The position numbers were made by a program, and so were the translations under genes. Under the pieces are notes generated by a model. It had not been told where the DNA came from. It worked only from the letters and a program-made list of their open reading frames with translations, and did no database searches. A stretch of DNA of 64,000 nucleotides. Source: Acidobacteriota bacterium (lineage in GTDB: Bacteria > Acidobacteriota > UBA890 > WLXD01). Shown here one piece after another: positions 50,289-59,443 of this stretch. The DNA lies in the NCBI GenBank assembly GCA_965248695.1, contig CBDFKD010000002.1:1216001-1280000 (forward strand), given 5' to 3'. Position 1 is the stretch's first letter. Every line of letters starts with the position of its first letter.

Positions 50289-51773
50289 ATGCGACGCCGC
50301 GATCTGATCAGGGGTATCGGCGTGGTCAGTGCCGGCGCGGCGCTGGGTGTGCCGCCGGCGCGGGCGGCGATCCCCGGGCGTGTGACGCTGGTTCGAGACA
50401 CCTCGATCGCGGCCTTCTCGTCGCCCGGCGCGCCGCCGAGCGCGGTGGTGGTGGGCGCCGGGATCGCCGGCATGAGCGCCGCATGGGAGCTGCAGCAGGC
50501 AGGGTTCCAGGTCACCGTGCTAGAGAAGGCGTCGATCGCCGGCGGGCGCATGACCGATGAGTTCATCGGTCCGATTTACACCAACCCTCACGCCGGCGGT
50601 GTGTTCGGTGCCAGCACCGAGATGTACGCCCTCGCCGACCAGGTAGGCACCTCGCTCAGCGGCTCGGTGCCGTACGACGAGGGGCTGATCGAGAGCGGCC
50701 ACGGCACCTATTCGCACGGCCTCCGCTTCCACTTGTCGGAGATCCTCAACGTGCCCGGGCTCAGCGACGAGACCAAGCGTCGCCTGCCCTCCTTGCTGCC
50801 CGATCTGGCCGAGATCCGTGCCCGCGTCGACCCCTGCCTGCTGGCCACCGGCGCCGATCTCGACGACGAGAGCATGCACGACTATTGCGTGCGCAAGCTC
50901 GGGGCGCAGGGCGCGCAGGAGTTGCTGGATCTGTGGATCGACCCGGTGTTCGACGCCTGGGGGTTCGAGCCGCACAACACCTCGCGCGTGGCGATCCTGT
51001 CGTGGTTCTCACACCAGGAGGCGTCCTTCATGGTCCCCGACGAGGGGATCGGCGTGCTCACCCGCAAGCTCGCAACGCTGCTGGACGTTCGCCTCGACAC
51101 CACGGTCATGCGGATCTCCGCCCCGGACAGCGCCGGGCGCCACACTGTGCACTATCTGCGGCCCGACGGGGTCCGCACGTCGGTCACTCCCGACGTCGTG
51201 GTCTGTGCCGTCGAGGGCCGCTACTCGCAGCCCATGCTCGAGGAGCTGACGCCGGCCCAGCGCGCGCTTCTGGATCGCGTGTTCTTCACCAAGTACGCCT
51301 ACGTCGTCTACTTGCTGCACCCGCGGCATGCGCCGGCGGAGCCCTCCGGTGGACGCTACATCCCCGACCATCCCGACCCGCTGAAGCAACGCGTCTACAG
51401 CTGGGAGGCCTACCCGGCGTATCCGGGTGATCGACAGCAACGACCAGGCATCTCGGTGGGGCTGTCGCGCCGCGAGACATTCCGGTGGAGCGCGGCGAAC
51501 GTGCCGTTGCCGGACTACTGCCTGCCGCTGGCAAAGAGCTTCTATCCCGTGCTCACGCCGGAGATGGTCGACGACGTGGTGGTGGGAGCGGGCGACGACC
51601 TCATCTACATCCCCACCGGATTCGTGAAGCTGATGGCGGCGTTCCTCGAGGAACAGGCGCGCGAGCGGAGGGGACTGTATTTCGTCGGCGAGTATCTGAG
51701 CCATGCGCACACCGGAGGCGCCTGCGCCAGCGGCCGTACGGTGGGGCGTACGATCGTGAGCCATCGTGCTTGA
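50289..51773 (+). CDS. Tat-exported flavin amine oxidase-family oxidoreductase
   Basis: MRRRDLIRG; VVGAGIAGMSAA..EK..GGR; GLYFVGEY. Confidence 0.85.
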   Translation: MRRRDLIRGIGVVSAGAALGVPPARAAIPGRVTLVRDTSIAAFSSPGAPPSAVVVGAGIAGMSAAWELQQAGFQVTVLEKASIAGGRMTDEFIGPIYTNPHAGGVFGASTEMYALADQVGTSLSGSVPYDEGLIESGHGTYSHGLRFHLSEILNVPGLSDETKRRLPSLLPDLAEIRARVDPCLLATGADLDDESMHDYCVRKLGAQGAQELLDLWIDPVFDAWGFEPHNTSRVAILSWFSHQEASFMVPDEGIGVLTRKLATLLDVRLDTTVMRISAPDSAGRHTVHYLRPDGVRTSVTPDVVVCAVEGRYSQPMLEELTPAQRALLDRVFFTKYAYVVYLLHPRHAPAEPSGGRYIPDHPDPLKQRVYSWEAYPAYPGDRQQRPGISVGLSRRETFRWSAANVPLPDYCLPLAKSFYPVLTPEMVDDVVVGAGDDLIYIPTGFVKLMAAFLEEQARERRGLYFVGEYLSHAHTGGACASGRTVGRTIVSHRA

Positions 51774-51808
51774 AGCCACCGTGCCTGAGCGCCCGGCGGT
51801 GACTCTCC

Positions 51809-52270
51809 CTACGCGTCGTCGGGCATGAACTCCATCGACGCCGAGTTCAGGCAGTGCCGCTTGCCGGTCGGCGGCGGGCCGTCGTCGAACACGTGGCCGA
51901 GGTGGCTGGCGCAGCGGCCGCAGCGGATCTCGGTGCGCGTCATGCCGTGACTGTGGTCCGAGTGCTCCGCAACGTGGTCCGGATCGATCGGGTCGTTGAA
52001 GCTCGGCCAGCCGGTGCCGGAGTCGAACTTGTTGTCGGACCGGTACAGCGGCAGCTCGCACAGCCCGCACACGTAGGTGCCGGTCTCCTTGTTGTCGAGG
52101 AAGCCGCCACAGAACGGCGCCTCGGTGCCGGCGCGCAGCAGCACCCGACGTTCCTCGTCGGTGAGCCTCTCGGCAAGCTCGGCGATGCGCTCGGGGCCCA
52201 GCGGGGTGATGTCGTGGCCGGAAGCGGAGCGCAGGCCAGGCTGCGTGTGTTCGGTGGTGATTTCGCTCAT
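51809..52270 (-). CDS. msrB: Peptide-methionine (R)-S-oxide reductase
   Basis: [38 protein letters not shown]. Confidence 0.97.
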   Translation of the reverse strand: MSEITTEHTQPGLRSASGHDITPLGPERIAELAERLTDEERRVLLRAGTEAPFCGGFLDNKETGTYVCGLCELPLYRSDNKFDSGTGWPSFNDPIDPDHVAEHSDHSHGMTRTEIRCGRCASHLGHVFDDGPPPTGKRHCLNSASMEFMPDDA

Positions 52271-52384
52271 GGTGCTCTCGCAGGAGGCGTGTTTGATCGG
52301 ACGTGATCTCCACGGTTGTCTACGCACCAACGATAGGCCACCATCCCGAACATCTCGACCCAACATCGGCTCAGAGAGGCCAAC

Positions 52385-52413
52385 GTGAGCAACGGGCTGG
52401 TCGCAAGGTCCCG
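52385..52413 (+). pseudogene. Original 5' end of the FG-GAP gene, separated by transposon insertion
   Basis: GAGAGG SD, GTG AGC AAC GGG CTG GTC GCA AGG TCC CG; joins in frame to 54608 onward after removing the element and one TSD. Confidence 0.75.
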
Positions 52414-52422
52414 GGTAGTGTC

Positions 52423-53253
52423 CTAATTTGAACCTGCTTCGTCGATCAGCCGACCGATTGACCAAAGCGAGCCCGTCACCCCGGCTTCCATAGCGGGGGT
52501 GACTCGCAGAGTCTGGTGGATGCGCACGAAGTTATAGTGAGCGAAGTGCAGCGCCACGGCCGCGCGCAGGTTCTCGACCTTCTTGCTGAACGCGTTTGTT
52601 AGGCGAGTAAATCTGCGCATGTTCATGCGCATGGTCAGGTTCTGCCGCTCGATGTGGCTGGTGCAGATCTTGTCTGGTGCTGGCTGGCCGACGATCGCCC
52701 TGCGACGGGTGCTCGTGACGTGCGGTGGGCCGTACCTACCCGGACCGATTGGCTCGGCTTCGTAGCACTTTACGATCTGACCGTAGTCGACGTACGGACC
52801 GAATGCCTGCTCGGTCGCTTCGACGTAGGCGGCCAGGGCGTCGGAGGAAAGCTGCACGCGGTTGGCGAGGCGCGAAGCGACATCGCCCATGAACGAGGTA
52901 GCGGTTTCTAGGTCGCGCTTGCCGACGCGAAAAGCTGGGACGATCTTCGATTCCGGGTCCAGCGCAACGAACGTCCAGAAGTCACCCAAGCAGCGCGGGT
53001 CATCGGAGAGCTTTAGGTGGCGCTGTTTCTTCCCGACATAGGCCCAGATCTCATCAACCTGAATCTGCTCGCAAGGAAGGTTCTGCATCCGGTCATCCAT
53101 CGCCGCCGCGCAACCGCTCCCGACGCGGACGAGCAACCGCATGATGGTGTCGCGGTGAACGCCGGTCATGCGCTCTGTCGCGCGAATCGAGCAACCCTCG
53201 ACCAAGCATCGGATGACCGCTTCTTGCTTCTCTCGCTTCAGGACGTTAGCCAT
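52423..53253 (-). CDS. IS1-family single-ORF DDE transposase (HTH, no N-terminal Zn finger)
   Basis: [58 protein letters not shown]; TAG stop inside the TIR. Confidence 0.9.
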   Translation of the reverse strand: MANVLKREKQEAVIRCLVEGCSIRATERMTGVHRDTIMRLLVRVGSGCAAAMDDRMQNLPCEQIQVDEIWAYVGKKQRHLKLSDDPRCLGDFWTFVALDPESKIVPAFRVGKRDLETATSFMGDVASRLANRVQLSSDALAAYVEATEQAFGPYVDYGQIVKCYEAEPIGPGRYGPPHVTSTRRRAIVGQPAPDKICTSHIERQNLTMRMNMRRFTRLTNAFSKKVENLRAAVALHFAHYNFVRIHQTLRVTPAMEAGVTGSLWSIGRLIDEAGSN

Positions 53254-53277
53254 GTTGTTCTCCTTAGCATGGAGAAC

Positions 53278-53306
53278 AATCTAGCATACAGTCGGAGATT
53301 AGCCAA
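53278..53306 (-). promoter_or_regulatory. Putative sigma70 promoter of the transposase
   Basis: TTGGCT-17 bp-TAGATT with upstream TG; AAGGAG SD downstream. Confidence 0.5.
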
Positions 53307-53367
53307 CTTCCTGCTTGACTAAATTCGGGATTATATGCGAGATTAGTCTGGAAGTGGGGCGGACAAC

Positions 53368-53460
53368 GGAAGGTGACCCATTGGATGGTCCAGTAACGGG
53401 GTTTACACTCGGAGGGCTCGCTGTCACCGCAGCGAAGGGGTTCGACTCCCTCACCTTCCG
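53368..53460 (+). tRNA. Non-canonical tRNA-like gene (8/4 or 9/3 allo-tRNA type), putative anticodon UUA
   Basis: Acceptor GGAAGGTG(A)/(T)CACCTTCC plus discriminator G; D arm ATTGG-ATGGT-CCAGT; anticodon arm CGGG-GTTTACA-CTCG; long V arm TCGCTG..CAGCGA; T arm GGG-TTCGACT-CCC; no encoded CCA. Confidence 0.75.
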
Positions 53461-53513
53461 CTATCAGCATCCCATGGAAGGATAAGTGTAGCATCGACAG
53501 GAGGGCCTATCGA

Positions 53514-54293
53514 ATGGCGAAATCGCGTAGTCCTCGGAAGCCGTCAATTGACTTAGAGCGCGCAGTGGAGCTGGCCACGATACTTCACAGGCAGATTCTC
53601 AATCATTCTTCCGCCAAGGAAACCGTTCTGCAGCACTGGGGATACTCGCCGAAGAGCAGCAACGGGCTTGTGGCATTCGGAGCGTTGCGTCAGTTCGGAC
53701 TGATCGACCAGAGGCGCGGCCAAGACGCGAAACTTAGCCCCTTGGCTCTCGAGATTGTGCTGGATGAGCGGCCCGATTCTCCCGAACGCGACGAAGCTGT
53801 CTGTAGGGCAGCTTTGAATCCGATACTCCACCAGGAACTGTGGAGCAAGTACGCCGGTAAGCTACCTTCAGACGCTGAAATCAAGTTGTACTTGCAGCGT
53901 GACAAGAGCTTCACTCCGAAGGGTGCCGAAGATTTCATCAGCCAGTTTAGGGCAACAATCGCATATGCTAATCTGGACGCATCGGGCAACGGGGCCGAAG
54001 AAACAAGCCCCGAGCAACGGGAGCAAGACGAGTTGATCCCTTCCGAATCATCCGCAAACAGACAGCCCGCTACGCCACCGCGCGTGCCCCTAGAGGGCGT
54101 AGCGCAGATAGACCAGGCGACCTTCCCGCTCGATGAAGGGCCAGCGGTTCTGCAATGGCCAGCTGATCTCAGTCTCGCCAGCGTCGAAGAGTTCGAGGCC
54201 TGGCTTGATCTGGTGAAGAAGAAGGTCCGCCGTGCGTCAACAGCCCGTTCACGGCAGCCGGATACTGAGGATGACCGAAGTAGCGCCGACTGA
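53514..54293 (+). CDS. Transposon cargo protein of unknown function (possible winged helix)
   Basis: GGAGGG SD; RSPRKPSIDLERAV, GALRQFGLI; 259 aa. Confidence 0.8.
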   Translation: MAKSRSPRKPSIDLERAVELATILHRQILNHSSAKETVLQHWGYSPKSSNGLVAFGALRQFGLIDQRRGQDAKLSPLALEIVLDERPDSPERDEAVCRAALNPILHQELWSKYAGKLPSDAEIKLYLQRDKSFTPKGAEDFISQFRATIAYANLDASGNGAEETSPEQREQDELIPSESSANRQPATPPRVPLEGVAQIDQATFPLDEGPAVLQWPADLSLASVEEFEAWLDLVKKKVRRASTARSRQPDTEDDRSSAD

Positions 54294-54573
54294 GCTACAG
54301 CGCCACGTCGAGCGGCTGCACGGCTGCCACGCAGAGCACCAGAAGGCCGTAGCCGTCCGCGAGGAATTCCAGGGAGAGGTGGCTTGGGAAGGCGCGGTCC
54401 ATATCTACAGCCTCACGGACCATCCCTCAGCGACACGCTGCTACGCGTGGTCATCGCCCGTAGAGGGCTCCGAGAATCGCCGCTTTTACGCTGTATTGCA
54501 CACGGAGAGGGTTGATTCTCCTGTGAAGGCCGTCCGGGCGGCGATCGTAAGCGACCACGGGTCGCAAGCCTGA
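54271..54573 (+). CDS. Small transposon cargo hypothetical protein
   Basis: Overlaps the upstream stop region; VERLHGC..WEGAVH..RCYAW..FYAVL..SPVKAVRAAI; ends next to the TIR. Confidence 0.75.
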   Translation: MTEVAPTELQRHVERLHGCHAEHQKAVAVREEFQGEVAWEGAVHIYSLTDHPSATRCYAWSSPVEGSENRRFYAVLHTERVDSPVKAVRAAIVSDHGSQA

Positions 54574-54614
54574 TTCCCGATTCAAATTAGGACACTACCA
54601 GGTCCCGCGGTGTC

Positions 54615-57600
54615 TTGCTTGTCGGGCTGGTGATATCGTCCTCGTCGGCTACTATGCCCCGACTCGGCCAAGTGCCGGCGGCTTCGTGGTTCAGCCCACC
54701 GCACAGAGCCGCGATCGTTTCGAGCGGGGAGGAGTCCTGGGGGCACGCCGCCGGCCGCGGAATCCTGGAGAGCGAATACCACATCCGGCAACTGCCGGTG
54801 GCCGGGTATCAGAGCGCCAACCGTGCTCAGGGCTACCGCGCAATCTACGAGGCCGACGGGTTCGTTCTCGAGCCTCGTGCTCCGGTGGCCCCCGGCTGGC
54901 GCCTGCAACTCCGGCTTGCCCGTATCAGCGTCGGAGCTGCGACGCTGGTGCCCATGGTCGCGCCAACGTTCCGCGTCGACGACAACAGGCTGCGCGTGGC
55001 GCACGAGGGGTTTCACATCGACTATCGCAACGACGAAACCGGGATGCGCCAGGACTTCGTCATCAGCAGCCCGCCGCAGGAGCCAGTTGCGCGCATCATT
55101 GTGGAGCTTGCGATTGCCGGCACTCTCGACGCTGATCTTCGTTCGGCACACGAAGTCGCCTTCGTCGATCCGGCGACCGCGAAACGCGTGGTGGCGTATC
55201 GAGACCTTCAAGCCCAGGACGCCACCGGCCGACGTCTCCCCGCCAGCATGCAACTCGAGGCGCGGGAGTTGCGACTCGAGGTCGACGCCACCGGGGCGAC
55301 GTTCCCGGTTACGATCGATCCCCTCTCGACGACGTCGGTGTGGAGCACTAACGGCGTAGTAAATTCGTGGCACGGCCGCAGCGTCGCGGGCGTCGGAGAC
55401 GTCAACGGCGATGGCTACGACGACGTCCTGGTCGGCGCCCCGGAGCAGAACTTGGCCACCGGCCAGGTTTTTCTCTACAACGGAGCGGCCGACGGCAACC
55501 TGACAGTGGGATTCCAGGCCGGAGGTAACGGTCCTGGCGAGAACTTCGGGCGGAGCGTCGCCCCGGCAGGCGACTTCAACAACGACGGCTACGCCGACTT
55601 CGTCGTCGGCTATCCCGGGGGCGGGCCGGTAGGCCAAGGGATGGTCTTCGTCTACCGCGGTGGACCGGTCAGCCCTGCCTACGAGATTGCCTGGGCCGGA
55701 ATCTCGGGTCAGAACAGCCTGTTCGGTTTCAGCGTCGCCAGCGGCGATGTGAACTGCGACGGCTTCATCGACATCGCCGTCGGAGACCCGTACCTGAACG
55801 CTGGATCCGGCTTTGTGGGACGGGTGCACATTTATTTCGGCTCGGCCGGCGGCTTTCCGAGCGCCGCGGATTGGACTGCCGACGGCGACATAGCCAACCT
55901 CCAATACGGCTACTCGTTGGCCATCGCCGACGTCAACGGCGGCTGTGACGACCTGGTCGTGGGCGCGCCTGGAGGGACTGAAGGCCTCACTTCCGACGTC
56001 GACGGGTTCGTCGACATATTCGCCGGCGTAGCGGGCGGAGCGCCTGCTAGCTCGCCCTCCTGGACGCTGTCGGAGCCCGGGATCGCGAACTTCGGCAACC
56101 GTGTCGCGCCTGCCGGTGATCTCAACGGCGACGGCTACGACGAGATACTGATCTCGTGGCCGACGTACTGGGTCAACTCCTCGACAGACCAGACGGGCAC
56201 TGTGTCCGTCTACTACGGCAGCGCTTCTGGACCAATGACCGGCAGCACCTCCGTTTGGCAAGCACAGGGCCCGGTCGGGATGCAATCCCGTTTCGGCAGC
56301 GGCATTTCCACCGCCGGGGATGTCAACGGGGACGGATACGACGACATTGTCGTTGGCGCCCGCGCGGCTAACGAGGCCCACGTCTACTTCGGCTCAGCGG
56401 GGGGCCTGGCAGAGGTGCCGAATGTTTCGAGCACCGGGCCGACGTTGGCGCCGGACTGGACCGCCCAGGGGGCAGCTCCCGGAGATTGGTATGGAGATGC
56501 CGTCGCCGGTGCCGGCGACGTCAACGGCGACGGCGTCGATGATGTGCTCGTCGGAGCGCCGCACGAAAGCAGCGTGGGCAACTGGAACGGCCGCGTCTAC
56601 GTTTACTTGGGAATCCGAGTCGGTCTCCCCGCTGCCGCCGACTGGAGCTATCCCAACGGAGCCCAGAGCACGGCGGTGCTCCAGAGCCTTGACGAGGCCT
56701 TGCTGGGGTTGAGCGTCGACAACCGAGGCGACATCAACGACGACGGCTATGACGACATCGCTGTCGGCGCACCCTGGTACGACACCGGCGTCGTCGACGG
56801 CGGCGCGGTCTTCGTATTCCATGGCGGAGCCGCAGGTCCGTCGCTGAACTACAACTCCGTCAAGACGGTCACCGACGTCCCCTACGCCCACTTCGGATAC
56901 AGCGTCGCGTTCGTGCGTCAATCCGACGATGACCCGTTCGACAAGCTGCTGGTGGGAGCCCCCGACTACGACAATCGGGGCCGCGTCTACCTCTACCCGG
57001 GCTCTAGTTCCGGGTTGGTGGGCTCTCCTTCATGGGTTCGTGGAGTATCACGGCAATTCGCCAAATACGGCCACAGCGTCGCGTCCGCCGGCGATACCAA
57101 CGAGGACGGCTACGAGGACGTTATCGTCGGTGCCCCCAGCCATGATTGCTACTCCTGCAACTCGCTGACGCGGGAGGGACGGATCTACATCTACTATGGC
57201 GCTTCCTCGGGGCTGAACAGTGGCCTCGCCGAGACCCGGATCGAGGGCGATGTGAGCTACTCGCGATTCGGTCATAGTGTCGGGGCGGCCGGCGACGTCA
57301 ACGCCGACGGTGTAGACGATGTGGTCGTCGGCGCGCCCTACTACCGAAACGGGCAGTTCAGAGAGGGTCGTGGCTACGTGTTCGCCGGCGTCTCGGGCAC
57401 TGGCGTAGCAACTCCGGCGATGTGGACGGCGGAAAGCAACCAGATCATGGCCCAGTTCGGCGCCAGCGTGGCGGGAGCCGCAGACATCTTCGGCGACGGG
57501 GTCGCCGACATCGTGATCGGCGCCCCGCGATACGACCCTTCCGGGCAGTCGCGGGGCGCCGCCTTCGTGTACAGCGGCTCGGAAATCGGGCTGTGGACGG

Positions 57601-57953
57601 CGGCCGGCTCGACGATGCTCGGCTACTGGCCGACCGGGCAACTCGGGCACGCCGTGTCTGCCGCGGACGTCGACGGCGATGGCCTCGCCGACGTTGTGGT
57701 TGGCGCTCCGTACTACGAAGACGGTGAGGTCAACGAAGGAGCAACCTTCGCTTACTACGGTTCTCCTGCCGGGATCGGGCCGCTTCCCGACTGGACCATG
57801 GAGGGTGGGGCCACGTTCGCGCGATTGGGCTTTGCCCTCGTCGGGGGCGGAGACGTGAACGGCGATGGTGTGGCCGACGTCGTGCTGACTGCTCCGTCCG
57901 CGGTCGGACAGGGTCCCGGCGGGCTGCAACTGTACTTGGGCGTGGCGCGCTAG
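54615..57953 (+). CDS. FG-GAP / integrin-alpha repeat protein, native start displaced by the transposon
   Basis: Many GDVNGDGYDD..VGAP repeats. Confidence 0.9.
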   Translation: MLVGLVISSSSATMPRLGQVPAASWFSPPHRAAIVSSGEESWGHAAGRGILESEYHIRQLPVAGYQSANRAQGYRAIYEADGFVLEPRAPVAPGWRLQLRLARISVGAATLVPMVAPTFRVDDNRLRVAHEGFHIDYRNDETGMRQDFVISSPPQEPVARIIVELAIAGTLDADLRSAHEVAFVDPATAKRVVAYRDLQAQDATGRRLPASMQLEARELRLEVDATGATFPVTIDPLSTTSVWSTNGVVNSWHGRSVAGVGDVNGDGYDDVLVGAPEQNLATGQVFLYNGAADGNLTVGFQAGGNGPGENFGRSVAPAGDFNNDGYADFVVGYPGGGPVGQGMVFVYRGGPVSPAYEIAWAGISGQNSLFGFSVASGDVNCDGFIDIAVGDPYLNAGSGFVGRVHIYFGSAGGFPSAADWTADGDIANLQYGYSLAIADVNGGCDDLVVGAPGGTEGLTSDVDGFVDIFAGVAGGAPASSPSWTLSEPGIANFGNRVAPAGDLNGDGYDEILISWPTYWVNSSTDQTGTVSVYYGSASGPMTGSTSVWQAQGPVGMQSRFGSGISTAGDVNGDGYDDIVVGARAANEAHVYFGSAGGLAEVPNVSSTGPTLAPDWTAQGAAPGDWYGDAVAGAGDVNGDGVDDVLVGAPHESSVGNWNGRVYVYLGIRVGLPAAADWSYPNGAQSTAVLQSLDEALLGLSVDNRGDINDDGYDDIAVGAPWYDTGVVDGGAVFVFHGGAAGPSLNYNSVKTVTDVPYAHFGYSVAFVRQSDDDPFDKLLVGAPDYDNRGRVYLYPGSSSGLVGSPSWVRGVSRQFAKYGHSVASAGDTNEDGYEDVIVGAPSHDCYSCNSLTREGRIYIYYGASSGLNSGLAETRIEGDVSYSRFGHSVGAAGDVNADGVDDVVVGAPYYRNGQFREGRGYVFAGVSGTGVATPAMWTAESNQIMAQFGASVAGAADIFGDGVADIVIGAPRYDPSGQSRGAAFVYSGSEIGLWTAAGSTMLGYWPTGQLGHAVSAADVDGDGLADVVVGAPYYEDGEVNEGATFAYYGSPAGIGPLPDWTMEGGATFARLGFALVGGGDVNGDGVADVVLTAPSAVGQGPGGLQLYLGVAR

Positions 57954-58099
57954 ATCATCAACGGTGAACGATGAACAGCGCTGACCGGGTCTGCGACTCA
58001 CTGCGCCGCCGACGGGACGGTGTCCTTCGCGTCGCCGACGCTGATCGTCAGCGCAGAAGGGTCATAGCTGAGAACGACTATCTGGCGTCGACCGACACC

Positions 58100-59413
58100 T
58101 CAGCCCCAGCGCCCGGTCAAATCTAGTAGGCGCGCGACGTCGGCGGCGTTGTTGAACAACGCCACGCCGACGCGAATCTGCCCACCGTCGACACGCAGCG
58201 ATGCCTTGATGCCGGCCTCGTCGAGCTGTCGCCGCACGGTGTCGGGATCACCACCGTGCTCGAAGGCGACGATGGCCGAGCGGTTGCCGGCAGGCGTCCA
58301 CACCGCGAAACCCTGATCGGCGAGACCGGCACGGACCGCCTGCGCCAACCCCACGGTGTGGCTCTCGATGCGATCCACGCCGACCTCGTGCAGGTAATCG
58401 AGAGCTGCGCTGAGCTGGTACACGGCGCCGAACGACATGGTGGCATAGCCGTACTTGCGACCGTCGGCGTGCAGCTCGTAGCGATGATCGGGGAGCTCGC
58501 GGGCGATGTTGAGCGAGCCGCTGCGATCGATGTCGATACGGTCCAGCAAAGCTTCGCGTACATAGAACGGCGCCACACCGTAGCCACCGAGCAACCACTT
58601 GTAGGTACCAGCGGTGAGGAAGTCGATGCCGGTCTGGCGCACGTCGATCTGCAGCATGCCGATCCCCTGAATGGCATCGGCATAGAGGTATGCGCCATGC
58701 GCATGGGCGAGGTCGGCGAGCGCTTTCAGGTCGTGCACGTAGCCGTTCTGATGCGAGACCCACGACACCGAGATCAAGCGGGTGCGGTCATCGACGAGGG
58801 CAGCGAACGCTTCCGGTGGCGCCGCTCCGTGCTCGTTGCGTGCGATGCGCAGCTCGATGCCGTGGCTGTCCTCGAGCCGCCGGTAGAGCGCGAAGGTGGT
58901 CTCGTAGTGCAGGTCGCTGATCACGACGTTGTCGCCCGGCTGCAGATTCAACGCCCGGGTAACTATGTTCTCGCCGTCGCTGGTGGCGTAGAGCACGCCG
59001 ACCTCCGACTGCGTCGCTCCGACCAGACGCGCGAACTTGGCACGCGCGGCATCCGTCTCATCGAGCATCGGCCGCAACATGACCGGATCGTGGGCCTTGG
59101 CTCTCAGAAACTCGGTGCCGCGCTCGACGACCTGTCGTGGCGAGGGGGTGATGCAGGCGGAGTTCAGGTAGGTGCCGGAATCGACGATCGGAAAGTCGGC
59201 GCGTACGCCGAGAGGGTCGTCGAGTGTCGGGGTCCGCTTCGAGGCCCGCGCCACACCAGCGGCGGGGCCGACGGCGCCAAGTGGACCCAGCAACGTCGCC
59301 GCCGACGCCGAGCCGAGAAAGCACCGTCGCGTGCTGGTCGGCGTGTCGCTGTCGTCTCCGGCGCGACCTCGCGTTGCTAACGACGGGAGCTTGTCTTCGT
59401 CGCTATCGGCCAT
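58100..59413 (-). CDS. Class V PLP-dependent aminotransferase (cysteine desulfurase-like), Tat-like N-terminus
   Basis: YLNSAC, DAIQGIG, YKWLLG. Confidence 0.88.
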   Translation of the reverse strand: MADSDEDKLPSLATRGRAGDDSDTPTSTRRCFLGSASAATLLGPLGAVGPAAGVARASKRTPTLDDPLGVRADFPIVDSGTYLNSACITPSPRQVVERGTEFLRAKAHDPVMLRPMLDETDAARAKFARLVGATQSEVGVLYATSDGENIVTRALNLQPGDNVVISDLHYETTFALYRRLEDSHGIELRIARNEHGAAPPEAFAALVDDRTRLISVSWVSHQNGYVHDLKALADLAHAHGAYLYADAIQGIGMLQIDVRQTGIDFLTAGTYKWLLGGYGVAPFYVREALLDRIDIDRSGSLNIARELPDHRYELHADGRKYGYATMSFGAVYQLSAALDYLHEVGVDRIESHTVGLAQAVRAGLADQGFAVWTPAGNRSAIVAFEHGGDPDTVRRQLDEAGIKASLRVDGGQIRVGVALFNNAADVARLLDLTGRWG

Positions 59414-59443
59414 CCATCTTCACCGTCTGACTGCCTACTCTCG

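Larger units (their letters stand above)
52414..54599. mobile_element. IS1-family cargo-carrying transposon, 2186 bp
   Basis: Perfect 19-bp TIRs GGTAGTGTCCTAATTTGAA (52414-52432 and 54581-54599); 8-bp TSD AGGTCCCG (52406-52413 and 54600-54607). Confidence 0.95.

Noticed and set aside
53368-53460. Canonical selC (tRNA-Sec) or tRNA-Val(TAC)
   Set aside because: There is no TCA anticodon, the branch is 12 bp rather than 13 bp, and the TAC register gives no paired anticodon stem.
55380-57900. Recurrent GGCGACGTCAACGGCGA-like DNA repeats
   Set aside because: They encode FG-GAP repeats, are irregularly spaced and have no cas genes nearby; not CRISPR.
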